A program made the position numbers and the translations under genes. DNA of 64,000 bases. It comes from Ylistrum balloti. Lineage: Eukaryota. Location of the stretch: positions 682,001 to 746,000 of the forward strand of contig NW_026782140.1 in NCBI RefSeq assembly GCF_031769215.1, given 5' to 3'. Positions 1-14,169 of the stretch are shown here, piece after piece. The number at the start of each line of letters is the position of its first letter. The stretch's first letter is position 1. Below the pieces are notes generated by a model that was given only the letters and a program-made list of their open reading frames with translations, searched no databases and was not told where the DNA came from.

Positions 1-939
1 ATATAGCTACAACTATATATTGAATATAAATTTTACCAGTTCTAACTTTGCTGTAGACTGTACAAAGATATTTAATTAATGCTAGCTATATATAGCTTTC
101 TACTGTCCATTTGGTCACTACAACAAGGAATTCTTAACAAGAGTACCCACAAGGTAGAACAATATACGCATGCCAACAGGTAACCTGTACTATCTATTGA
201 TGAGAAATGGAAGAATACCAAGTTTTGAAGTGATGGTTTGAATGAAGAAATCTGTGGACAAAATTATAATGTTAAAAAAAGCAAATGGCAGTAATTACTT
301 TCTCAAATCTTTTTTATGGTAAAGCAAAGGGTTGAAACTGAGTGAGGAGATTTCAGAACAAATTTAACATTATGAAAACAACATGGAGTAGCAACTCTTC
401 CAGATACCACTGAGGCAAAATTCCTTTAAAAAAACACTTTATTTTCGGTGTAAAGCCTGCCAAATTTGAAAGCAATCAGATGAAGACTGTAGGGGAACCT
501 ACAGACAAATAAAAGATTATCAGCGTATACTGAGGCAATAAAAATGGGACCCTACAGCAGGGTTTTCCATAAGAGCCGGTTGCCGGCCAAGGCTACTTTG
601 ATCATTTGGCCACCTACACCAATCCAGGTCCGTAATAATGTTCCATACACGACTACACTTACATGGCAGGCCAGCTTCCTACTTTCACTACACAGCATAC
701 TACTAACAAAATTATGGAAAACCCTGCTACAGAAAGAATGAACAAAAGTTTGGGTACCAGCAATCCAATCTCAATACAAATTCTTTTTATTTATACTATG
801 TTTTAAGATTCCCATCAACTGAAAATTTCCTTTTAAATCAATAAGTAATATTCATTCAAACATTAGAAATATTAATATTAAATTCTCCAATACATGTATG
901 TAAACGGAAAAAAATGTCCCTTCAGATTATATGCATATC

Positions 940-1960
940 CAGGCAGACAGTGGAAAACAACAACTGGACCAGTAAATCCATCTCCAACACCTCCATGATC
1001 GGTTTCAATCAACAATAGAAACATCTGGGGCAACCAATGAAATTCAGGGGAGACAACTTTCTGTCAGTACTGACTGCCACTTACATGCAAATGATTTAAA
1101 GGCTTACAGTCCATTTTGTGGTAACATATTGATGCAGTGGCGACATCAAAACCAATTTTTGTGGACAAGGGAAGGTCAGAAATGGCTAACGTGGAATGGT
1201 GTGCTATTCACTGACAAATCATGGTTTCATCTGTGTGACAGTACTTGCAGAATTAAAGAAACAATGGTGAATGTTCGGCCAATTGCTATATCAATGAGCG
1301 AGATTGATTGGGTGGTGGAAGTGTCATGGTATGGAGAAAAATTTCTGTCAATTTACGAAACCTGCTGGTGACTGTAACTGGTGATCTGACAGCCCAACAC
1401 TTCACTGACCAGGTTTTTTTTGGCAAGCACCAACCATTGACATTCTTCCCCTGGATAACAGTTGTGTACACTCTGCTACACTGATCAGTGACTTTTTTCA
1501 TCAGCAAAACATGTTCATTCAGACACTTTCTTGTCCCCCCTTCCCCCTTTTCTCTCGACCCCAGTCCCACCAAACAACTGTGGGATCAATTTGAACAAGC
1601 CATGAAAAATATCTACCACAACCACAGACCTGGGCCAACTATAAACAGCACTTCAGGACTAATTGAGAAAAGTCAGGCCTATATGGATCCAATGCCTAGT
1701 ATGGTGAATACCAAGGTGAAGCACGTGTGGCAGCAAATGGTTGACATATCTGCTACTGACACTGTGGAAATGAAATGGAGTGGGGGTTGGTTTCTCTTGT
1801 ATCACCCCTTTTTTGTGTATTCCTTGGACATTTCTAAGAAGTCGAGATTGTGAATGGATAACGTTAGTTTCCAATGAACTTCAAATGAATTTGTATGTTT
1901 TTCAATACTTATCAAATCTGTAAAAAAAACACCCAGTGTTGCATTGGTATTCAGTTTATA
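940..1960 (+). mobile_element. Degraded Tc1-like (IS630/Tc1/mariner) DNA transposon in PSMA6 intron 2
   Basis: Manual translation across stops and frameshifts gives QDQ*IHLQHLHDRFQST...GVLFTDKSWFHL (cf. LFSDESRF), ERD*LGGGSVMVW, VTGDLTAQHF, PLDNSCVH (cf. QDNARPH), LDPSPTKQLWDQ (cf. PDLSPIEHLWD) and AANG*HICY* ending at 1759. A possible TIR remnant (gtgttgca...tcagtttata) ends near 1960. Confidence 0.85.
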
Positions 1961-2026
1961 ATTACCACCTCCCCATGATTTACAATATCAGTTTACAATA
2001 TCAATCAATAAAAATTTAAGTAATCA

Positions 2027-2140
<114 letters not shown>

Positions 2141-4415
2141 TCAAAAACAAATATTGTGTCAGTGTAAGTTGATTAACCTATGTCAGATGATAAAATCTAA
2201 AATGATTTTTACCATGTATAGTATGACTAATGTACAATTCAATTTTGAACAGAAATAAATTAATTCACCTCAGTGGTTACAATACTGAAGTCCTGTGCCA
2301 CAGCTCCACTTTTACTGACACCACTAACATGAGTATTTGGTTTACGAATCAGTGAGAAGCAAGTAAAGTGTATAGCACAATTAACTGTTTTGATTTCTGT
2401 TCCATCACTTGACAATAAATTTCTTTAATATTTGCATGCACATATATATCATAGCATATCCAATCAGAAATCTTGTTTGCCCCTTAAAAATTTGCAGATA
2501 TCACAAAAACAATGAAAGCAATATAATACAGGGATATTTTTGTTTGAAATATTTCAATAATTCAAAGAAAGTTTTTAGAAATTTTGAATGTTTAGACACT
2601 TTTATACTAAACAAACTTATAGAACAAATGAGCGACGTTAAGTTTTGTTTCGAATGTTACATTAACCTGAGTTAGATTCTCTGTCAATAATAAAAGTGTC
2701 CGAGCAAATAGCTCTTTAAAAGACTTGGATATGACACATTAAAGAATTGTCTCTCTTCCCATATGTGTTACCTTAGAAAATGATATGGTCCATATAGTTG
2801 GAATTTTGGTTTACCATTGGCCATGGAAGGTTTCTGCCAAGTCTCATTGAAATGTTACATATATTATACAAATAACATTGTTTTTGTTTGTACAGCCTTT
2901 GAAATACACATTACCATTATGCCTACCTGCCAATGTTTCAAAATTCTCATTGGGGAGAAAAGTGTGTGATTAAGTGCATGCTTTACTATACTATAACATT
3001 GAAAAAAATATCTGATTTTTTTCAACAAGTTTAAATTCTCAGTATTCATTCATTCACATTATATAACGGATAGTAAGATTATCTGTTTTTAATCTTTGTC
3101 AAACTTTTGATGTGGAATAGAATAACATTGGAATTTTTGTATAAGGCAAATGACATGTAAATATGCGAAAAGATCATTTTAACATGTCGTTCGTTTTGTT
3201 GCTCTGGTTTATAAAATGACTGAAACAATTGTCTGTTCCATGATGGAAAATATCAGGTCGTCGAACTGAGTTATTGTATCACCCTGTTATAGAGGTGACT
3301 GTTTTAGTTATCATATTTGTCTTTTATTCGTGTTCATTCGTGCAAGCGTCAGTTACTTTTGTGTCCATTTGCGTAAGCATCAGTTACTTTCGTTTTGTCA
3401 AATGTATATATCTAGTAGGCCTGGGATAGGCATACTATTGCTGGTTCCATGTGAACTGAGACATGCGCTGTTTAATTCTATCTTCCTTTTCCTGCTTAAC
3501 CTTTTTTTAATTATTTCTGATTTTGGGCTCAAACTGGAAAGACATATTTTGTCATCTACCATTACTTTGATGTTGGTCGTGCCATACACAGGGTAAGTCT
3601 TGCATTTAAAATGGAAACAGTTTATGTCTGTACAAATTATTCATAACAATCCTTTATTTATCTATTTCAAAGCAGCAATTCAATTATGTTAGATTAATCT
3701 ATATTTTCACCTGATTGATCAGGATGTGTGCAATATCTTTTTAGAGTATGATATGTAATCCACTATTTCAATTTAGGTCTGTGTTTAGGTCATTTATGTC
3801 CAATGTAAATTAAAGTAGTGTTTGGCATATTTGTAATAAACTACATTGTTCAGTTTTGTAATACAGAGTAAATATGTCAGTAACGCGAATGTCACTGTGT
3901 GTTGTGTGTAAGTGTGTTTGCTTTGGGTTGCGCTCTATGACGAGTTTTCCGTGTAATGTAATATATTATTTGTATTGTTTTAGGGATTTCTAAAGCTATG
4001 CATGTACTGTGAATAAAACAAATATGGAACGAGATCGCCTGGTTCGGTTGGTTGTTGAAGAAAACTCTAAAACCCAACTGTGCTACATTATATTGAGTAT
4101 GTAAAATGTCGAATGGATAAAAATAAAACTGAGTTAAAACTTAAAAAAAAAAAAAAGTATACAGAAAGGCAATGATCATTAAGAAGCTAAATATGAACGA
4201 TTTCATTATCATAACACCAACAACGTCAACTTTGATTTTGTTCACATCTACATGCAATACTTACTTCACTATGCAGAGATCACTAGGCACGAGGCTGATT
4301 TAAGAAATTTGATGGACATGATGAATGCAAGTTTTAACAACTGAGAGGGGGGGTTGCTAATAATCATCGGTTGTTTCAATAAAATGGAACCAAACACCGT
4401 TAGGCGCTTGTATCA

Positions 4416-4995
<580 letters not shown>

Positions 4996-5007
4996 GCTCT
5001 TAAAATT

Positions 5008-5036
5008 ATGTTGGATATCAAGATTTCACATCAGCG
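5008..5036 (+). CDS. SLC35B2: SLC35B2 candidate first coding micro-exon (exon 4996-5036)
   Basis: Acceptor ttttcag at 4995, ATG at 5008 (MLDIKISHQR), donor cg|gtaaga at 5037. The phase-2 junction splices in frame to 10449. Confidence 0.55.
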
Positions 5037-6701
5037 GTAAGATGCCACGTCATGTTATGTGTTTTATGTTTACAAACACTTGTCTTAGGTTTTTAGATTG
5101 AGTTTATAATCAACATTTACAGCATTGTCACTATGTTCCTTGTTAATGGTATATATGTGATTAATAATCATTTAACTATTCGGTTGCATGGTACCATGGT
5201 CTGACATAATCTGATTTGTGACGGAATGTTCTCTTATAATGTTTATCAAATAATTAATATTAACTTCAATATATACGTCTTTTAGTGGTTATATACATAT
5301 AAAACGGTTCTATAACTTAAAAGATATCATTAGCCATGCATTGCCATGACATTTTATAAGTCGACGACAGAGAAATTCTCTATGTAAACATTCAGGTTTC
5401 AGAAAAAATGTGCAGCTACTGTATAATCTACCATTACAAATTACGATATACTTCTTTCTAGGCCTGTGCTGTGACTTGCCCATCACATATTAAACTTAAT
5501 TCTGCACATATTTTCCGTCAGTTTCACTTAACTTAATAATTTGTTTAATTTCCTGTGATTTGAGGTTTCTGATGCACAATAACACAGCAGATTTGCAGGT
5601 CAAAAATTTAACTGTTTTGTCTCACTTTGTTTTCCACATATCAAGAACTGTGCCATATCTTTCTTGCATTACAGGTTTTTAAAACATTGCTAGCTGTTCA
5701 ATGAGATCTGAAGTGGCTATTAATCAACAAAACACAGACAAATATTAACATTCCTGTATATTGCAATTGTACATCATTTATTTCATGTCATAAATGTTGC
5801 CAGTGAGGTACATTGTAAATAATGTTAAAGGCTATTGATATCGAATTGGAGGAGTGATATTTTGAGTCACTAATGAAACATAATGACTTTATATATCTTA
5901 AAACTTGATGCATGAATTAGGGTGTGCTTTGCAAGACTTCACTAACACATGCAGGAACTGGTTACTTCATTTTTCTATAGGTTGCCTGGTATGTATACAG
6001 TGTGTTCCTCATTCAAAGAATGCAAATTTAAGACTTTACAAACAAATTCAAGATAGCAGTGTATACTTGTAAAAGTAATCTATAAACAAATATTTGATAT
6101 TCTATTCTACATACATGGTTTGAAAATTACAAATAAAAGTAGTGGTAAAATGTGGTACAAAGTTTAACATTGTACTAATATCTTTTTAATATTGAAAGCA
6201 TAATTTGGAAACATTTTGAATGATATAGACTGATTGTGATGATATCCTTTCTAGTGAAAAAACAGATCTAAAGTAATGAATGCTAAAGTAAATTTTCATG
6301 TGAAAATTCATAATTGAAGATAAATCATTTCCTGAAAATACAGCATCTGTGATTTAAGCTCTTTATGGCAGCTAGAAGTTTATTCATTCAAATAAATAAT
6401 TGATAAGCAAAACTTGTGAGTCTTGGAGCATTTCTATTTAATTGATAATAGTATGCAGCTATCTGTATCTGCAGATAAAATAATATTTAGTTTCTTAATT
6501 GAACTGCCTGCAATAGATAATTTGCAAGGCTTTATACTTTAATTTGTTATGTAAGGTACGTAATTAATGATATGATTCAACTCACATGGATATTCATGTC
6601 CCAGGAATATAGGAACTGTGAAATTTCGTTTTCAAATCTTAATCAATGCATATAATAGTGTACATGTATGTAGCATTACTTAGAATATATGCATATGTAC
6701 A

Positions 6702-8118
6702 GGTATGCACTACCAAATGTATGTCATAAACAGGGATATACGCTGGTATGTACTACCAAATGTATATCATAAACAGGGATATACACCAGTATGTACTACC
6801 AAATGTATGTCATAAACAGGGATATACACCAGTATATACTACCAAATGTTTGTCATAAACGGGGATATACACTGGTATGTACTACCAAATTTATATCATA
6901 AACAGGGATATACACCAGTATGTACTACCAAATGTATGTCATAAACAGGGATATACACTGGTATGTACTGACAACTGTATGTCATAAACAGGGATATACA
7001 CTGGTATGTACTGACAACTGTATGTCATAAACAGGGATATACACTGGTATGTACTGACAACTGTATGTCATAAACAGGGATATACACTGGTGTGTACTGA
7101 TAACTGTATGTCATAAATAGGGATTTACACCAGTATGTACTGACAACTGTATGTCATAAACAGGGATATACACTGGTATGTACTGACAACTGTATGTCAT
7201 AAACAGGGATATACACCAGTATGTACTACCAAATGTATATCATAAACAGGGATATACACCAGTATGTACTACCAAATGTTTGTCATAAACAGGGATATAC
7301 ACCAGTATGTACTACCAAATGTATGTCATAAACAGGGATATACACTGGTATGTACTGACAACTGTATGTCATAAACAGGGATATACACTGGTGTGTACTG
7401 ATAACTGTATGTCATAAATAGGGATTTACACCAGTATGTACTGACAACTGTATGTCATAAACAGGGATATACACTGGTATGTACTGACAACTGTATGTCA
7501 TATACAGGGATATACACCAGTATGTACTGACAACTGTATGTCATAAACAGGGATATACACTGGTGTGTACTGACAACTGTATGTCATAAACAGGGATATA
7601 CACCAGTATGTACTGACAACTGTATGTCATAAACAGGGATATACACTGGTGTGTACTGACAACTGTATGTCATAAACAGGGATATACACTGGCATGTACT
7701 GACAACTGTATGTCATAAACAGGGATATACACCAGTATGTACTGACAACTGTATGTCATAAACAGGGATATACACCAGTATGTACTGACAACTGTATGTC
7801 ATAAACAGGGATATACACTGGTATGTACTGACAACTGTATGTCATAAACAGGGATATACACCAGTATGTACTGACAACTGTATGTCATAAACAGGGATAT
7901 ACACTGGTGTGTACTGACAACTGTATGTCATAAACAGGGATATACACCAGTATGTACTGACAACTGTATGTCATAAACAGGGATATACACTGGTGTGTAC
8001 TGACAACTGTATGTCATAAACAGGGATATACACTGGCATGTACTGACAACTGTATGTCATAAACAGGGATATACACTGGTATGTACTACCAAATGTATGT
8101 CATAAACAGGGATAAACA
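6702..8118. repeat. 43-bp tandem minisatellite, about 33 copies, in SLC35B2 intron
   Basis: Unit aaacagggatatacactggtatgtactgacaactgtatgtcat, with a taccaaat variant. Confidence 0.95.
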
Positions 8119-8149
8119 CACAAGTATGTAAATAAAGGACTTTGTATTT

Positions 8150-8315
8150 TCTTTATAGAATTTCTCTATATATCAGTGCAAACCTTGAATTTTTTATAGA
8201 ATTTCCCTACATATCAGTGCAAACCTTGAATTTTTTGTAGAATTTTCCTACATATCAGTGCAAACCTTGAATTTTTTGTAGAATTTCCCTACATATCAGT
8301 GCAAACCTTGAATGT
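8150..8315. repeat. About 41-bp tandem repeat, about 4 copies
   Basis: Unit agaatttccctacatatcagtgcaaaccttgaattttttgt. Confidence 0.85.
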
Positions 8316-9007
8316 TTCTTTTCATGTTATATAAGTGGGGAAATGGAACCAACACCAGATTTCTGTCAATGGGATGGATTCTTTTTCATGTCCTGAAGAA
8401 TCCTAAAGTAGGGCAAAACCTGTCAGCCTATAGATAAATTGAGGAATCCTGTCCTTTCACCTGTTGTGATTGATTTTTAGGCATACTCAACCTAATTCAT
8501 TGTTTGAAGTTGTGACATTCACTTATGACTTTACTGACATTTTTTCAAAACTTAACATCTAATATTTCATGTCAGTGTGGAAAGAAAAATATGTCATGCA
8601 GCTGGTAATCCATAGCAGTATTTAACAAAAGTAATTCTGTGTATGCTATCATTAATCACATGATGCAGTGTGAAGAACAGAAAAACTTTTGTGTCAAAAC
8701 TTATCTATTTGACAACTGTTATATATAGTCAGATACAAATAAAAAGTATTAAATAGAAAAAAATAGAATGATACAGTAAAGTATATATCAGTGTTTATCT
8801 GTTTCATTTTGGATGTGTAGGTGTTCAATTTTTTTAATTGTTATAAAATGAATTCTGTATGATTCATCATTTGCTAACTTTTGATTTATATATATATATA
8901 TGAAGATGGCCGCGAGGCCTGAAAACGTTAGTGATATATCTGTTTGTCATGTTAAGTGATTAATTTTCTCTGTATATACGATACACAAAGTTTTTATCTT
9001 TTTAAAT

Positions 9008-9038
<31 letters not shown>

Positions 9039-10448
9039 TTTGAAATCCTTAGGTCTCTTAGTGCCAGTAACAAACAACCTGTATTCTTGGAAAGGTAATG
9101 ATTTCCTTGTGTTTGTGTTAATTTTGTCACTATACTTATCCTGATTATGTAGAAGAGCTATTCTACTTAACCATGATTTTTTTCCATATTTGGGCAGGAC
9201 TAGATTATCAACTTCTAATTATTTTGTCAATGTCAACCATAAGAGGTAGATTCCAGATGTAGTATTGATTCTGATACTGTGCAGTTAATTTGTTTAACAT
9301 AGGAATTTTACAATCTCACAAGAAAACTAACACACTACTCTGTACATGTGCACATGTTTTTAAAGGTCAGTGAAACTGGTATGTAGGTGTTTCTGGTCAA
9401 CAGCTCTTTAGCTCTTTAGGGGGGGGGGGCGGCGAGTGAGAAGGTGTTAGGGGGTTGGCAGTGTTCTCATCAAGTGATTGAAAGCATCAATTGAAAAAAT
9501 CCTGGATCTACCTCATATTCAGCTATTATATACAAAATATGAAGATGATACTTTCAGCTATGCATATTATTGTGATGGCAGCATTCTCTGAGTGACCTGT
9601 ACAATAAAATTCAGGCTAAGATTTGTCGCCTTTCTGTACTGACAGTCATAGCTGGCACAAGTGTAGATACTTTTGACATGATCCTACACATAATGACATT
9701 ATTGTGTGGATACATGGTGACATTACTGTATGTTATATATCTATTGGTTATGCTGTGTATTTTGTGAAGTTTTGTTATGGTGAGATGTGGTTTGTTTTAG
9801 TGTGTGTGTACCTGTCATTTGTGTGATGTCCTATACACAGACTAGATATCTATTGTGTATCAGATATCACAAGGTATATCTAGATTAGACCAAAAAAAGT
9901 ATCTGTATTTCACGTTTCCTTACCATCCATAGGTTTTGGTTACATAACCTATTTTTCAACATTTCAGCTAAATTGTATTGAATGATTTCAAGGTTGTTTT
10001 TTTTTTCACATGAACATGGATCTTTGTCACTGATTATTAACTTTTGTTGCATTGAATTATACTTTCCCAAATGAGTTTGAAAAAATCCTTGCATAAGTAC
10101 CACTGTTCTTGAACTATTTATAAAACCTGTGGTTGATAGGCATATAATATACACTGTATGTGAATCAGTGTTTGTATTTATAGATACTTATATCAAGATT
10201 GAAGAAATACATGAAGGCTGTATCAGACCTAGGCCATGTCGATAACTCTTCAGAACAGTTCATTTTTTCAAATAAATCAATTTAACAATATTTAGGGGAA
10301 ATATATAGCTGATGATGTAATACCAATATATCTCTTTATATTAAAGGAGAATTTATTTACTCATTCTGCCTTTAACTTGTGATCATTTGTCAATATTAAA
10401 ATAAAGTAAAATATGATAATACAGTTTATATTGTTTGATCATTTTCAG

Positions 10449-10678
10449 TGCTGTTATGAAGGCCACCATGTGGTTCTTGGGCATTCTTGTGCTAAATATC
10501 GTGTTACCACTGTGTCTGGGGAAAGAATCTACTGCAGCAGGTGGGGTGATTGATTCTACCTGGACAGACTTCTGGTTTGTGCGACTATGTCTCAACATCC
10601 TAGGATATGCAACCATCTTTGTGCCTGGTGCGATACTGATAAAATATTTCAGGGATAAACGCTATAATGAAACAGCAG
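10449..10678 (+). CDS. SLC35B2: PAPS transporter 1 (slalom/PAPST1), coding exon
   Basis: Acceptor attttcag, donor cag|gtaagc. Encodes signal-like MKATMWFLGILVLNIVLPLCLG and WTDFWFVRLCLNILGYATIFVPG (cf. human [23 protein letters not shown]). In-exon ATG at 10456. Confidence 0.92.
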
Positions 10679-11237
10679 GTAAGCGATTTATAATTGTACA
10701 ATGTATACAACAGAACAGTCTTTAGTAAACCATTTTGTGACCTGGACTTTTTTAAGCAGACAAATGATCATTTGTTACCATTAGTGTTAAACGCTTCCAT
10801 TTCAGTGTTGGTGACTTGCTAACAGTCTTATACACCAACAGGCTTTCTATTTTGACCCTACACAGCCTCATATGACTGAAATGTGTTCATCTGAGCTATT
10901 GTTCTAGTACTATTCACAAAATGGCTTTTCGAGTTTTGCTCAATGTTTCTGTGTATATGGAGAAGGTTGTTGATTTTGGTAAACTACAATGTAGAAATAC
11001 CTTCAGTCAGTCAAAATTGGAGCTAAATATAAATGAAAACTATCTACAGAATGTACATCTTGGAGGAAATTTGATAGATAAAAAGGTAACATTGTTATTA
11101 CATTGTACACAGATTAAGATGTTACCAAGCTATAAATGATACATGCAATCACAATGCATGTACCTTTTTGTTAAAGTCAAGTTGCTTTGAAATCTACAGA
11201 TTACCTATTCTATAATAAAATATGTATATATCAACAG

Positions 11238-12349
11238 GTCCAAGCCTGCTGTCACAGATTGTCAAGAACTGTGTATTTGGTAAAGAAACAGAGAAGGGCC
11301 TTTTAGAACAAGGTGGGCCATCTAAAACAGGTGGTAGCAATGAAGACCAAATGAGTCAGTGGCAAAGAGGTGCCACACTTTTGTTTTGTGTGGCAGGCCT
11401 GCAAGGAGCATACCTCACATGGGGTGTCATACAAGAGAGAATCATGACATTTGAATATGGAAAAACTGACACAGAGCCAGGAGAGTTTTTCAAAAATTCT
11501 CAATTTTTAGTGTTTATCAACAGAATTTTGGCACTAGCTATTGGAAGTATCGTGTTAGTTGTGAAAGCTCAACCTCCGCACAACGCTCCATTGTTTAAGT
11601 ACTCCTTCAGTTCTTTCTCCAATATAATGAGTAGCTGGTTCCAATATGAGGCTCTCAAATTTGTCAGCTTCCCTACCCAGGTTCTTGCTAAAGCTTCTAA
11701 GGTAATACCCGTCATGCTGATGGGTAAAGTTGTATCCCGCAAAACCTACGACTACCATGAATACATTACGGCATTGATGATATCAGCTGGTATTAGCATG
11801 TTCCTATTAAGCAGTGGTGACGTTACGCGACATAAAGGAAGTGTTACCACAATGTCGGGAGTCATACTCTTGGCAGGGTACATTCTCTTTGATAGCTTCA
11901 CATCAAATTGGCAGGGTGAATTATTTAGAAGATACAAGATGTCCCCCATCCAGATGATGACAGGTGTGAATTTATTTTCTTGTATACTTACTGCAGTCTC
12001 TCTGCTGGAACAAGGTGGATTTTTTGATTCAATAGCATTTATGGGTCGTAATCCTGCCTTTGTATTTCATGCTGTCATCTTAAGTCTCTGCTCTGCTTTT
12101 GGACAGTTGTTTATATTTTTCACTCTCTCAAGGTTTGGACCAGTGACATTTACTATCATTATGACAATTCGCCAAGGAATAGCCATTTTGTTGTCTTGTA
12201 TAATATATGGTCATCCAGTGACTATGATTGGCTTTTTCGGAATAATGGTGGTTTTCTTTGCTCTGTTTCTTAAGATCTATGCAGGCCACAGGAAGAGGAA
12301 AATTCAGCTTGCTACTCAACAGAGCAATAACAGTGTGTCTAAAGTTTGA
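11238..12349 (+). CDS. SLC35B2: PAPS transporter 1, last coding exon
   Basis: Acceptor tcaacag at 11237, phase 1. Contains YLTWGVIQERIMT, SSWFQYEALKFVSFPTQVLAKASKVIPVMLMGK and FDSFTSNWQ (UAA/SLC35B family). Ends ...VSKV*. Confidence 0.97.
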
Positions 12350-14169
12350 GACAGTTTTTTCATGATCAGTGGCTTAATATTGTTTCAACATATGAACCAA
12401 TATACATCTACATCTGGGACCACAAATTTATGAATCAACTTACCATCAATATAGTTTAATGTTACATGACAAGGGAGAGATTAATTGAAAAATTTTGTGT
12501 ACAAATTATCAAAACAAAACAATTTTTTTTTCACAAGTTGTTTATAATTCGAGGGCATTCTAATTTTGCCATTTCAAATTACCAGCCATATCAACAAAAG
12601 CTATGTTAAACCAAAATAACAAACCTTTTCCTTATAAAGTTAATTTGATGCCAAAACACATTTAGAAGCTTTAACTACATCTAAAATTGTTTTCCTTACT
12701 ATAATTGTGTGTCTTTAGACAACAGTGATATACATTTACAGAAATATTGAAATTGTCTTTTTATATGATTATTTTTGTATGACAAAGATTTTTGACTGTT
12801 GAATGCATTGTTATAACATTATAATGAATCTATTGCTATGGTTTTGCACTTACAGCTAGTCAAGCCATGGCTCTGTTGTCACAGCAATGGTGTCACTTAT
12901 TTTTATGTGACAATTTTATTTTCAATTAACCAGTTATTTTTTCCTGATTCAGAAATAGGTGTAAATCAATGTTTTTAAACGTACATATATGGTCATGCCA
13001 TTGATATGTAACCTAGTTGACCTATAAGATATAATAATGATAGATAACAAAGCTGTATTAGAAGATGTTAAAGTCACTACATGAGAATTTACACTTTATC
13101 AACAGGAAATTTAAAAGTTGAATTTTTAGAAGTAGCAAAGAAGTTCACAAATTAATTGAAAAATGGAATGTCACTGAAGTAAGTTCACATATATTCAAAT
13201 CTGTTAGTGCTGTTGATATGAAATTTGACTTTATTGTTTTATGAATATGTATAAGTTTTTTTTTTAATTAATTAATTAGCTTGATATGTAATTTAATTAT
13301 TTTGGGCATCAGCTGGGTTATGTATATCTTTTCATAGTTTTATTTATTTTGATTATTTTAATATATTGTTGGTGAAGCTGTCTGTAAAGCTAAATGTTAA
13401 TACCTCTTGATAAGTTGTGAAGCAGTCTACAGACTGTTTTTTTTTTATATGATTATGGATTTTGACTTCTCTGTTTAATGAATCCTGAGGAAATCATATT
13501 TATGATTAAAAGGACCTGCTGTCAGTCTGATACACTAAAAACAAAATTTTAACCAAACTCAGTGTTTGTAGGATTTCAGTCTTGTCCAATCAATTTTAAA
13601 AACAAATAGATATACATTTGCTTATGTCTTATCATACTTTGATTGGAAAACAAACCACGACCACTGAGCATGAATTCCAAAATAACACATCGTTATCAAT
13701 ATTGTATTTCTATGCAGCAAGAAAAATAGCCTAGGTGATGTGGAAGTAAGGTTTAGATGCACCTTGATGTGTTCCATACCTTAACCCTCGACAGAAATTG
13801 GTCATCAGTAGCAGATGATACCAAAGAAATGCAGAGAGACAGCTCTGTTGAAGGAAAATATTTTCATGTTGAACTATAAACATTTCCACAATTCATACAA
13901 ATTCCTGTAATGGTTACTTCCATGCAAATTTTTTTGTTTTTTAATTACTATCAATAGCAAAAGTCAGTAAGTTTAGACCCTTAAAGCAACCACACAGGCT
14001 GTCCGTCCATAAAACTTTGATAATTTACTTACCGGGTATACATGGTACATGTACATTGTACAATAGTGGTGGAAATGTTATCATAAAATAGTGGTGAAGT
14101 ATGGATGGTATGTAAACTATCATCATTGTATAATATTACATATATTTAGGTGCTCTAGTGGTGTGGAAT

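Noticed and set aside
3398-3589. 63-aa minus-strand ORF with a basic NLS-like stretch
   Set aside because: Lies inside PSMA6 intron 1, starts at GTG and has no recognisable family. PSMA6 exons 1 and 2 join without it.
8899-8930. Hammerhead-like tgaaga-ggcc-gcga-ggcc-tgaaa motif (also ctgatga-agac...gtct at about 56466)
   Set aside because: The first lacks the core C and stem I (replaced by a TA tract). The second lacks GAAA. Neither forms a complete ribozyme.
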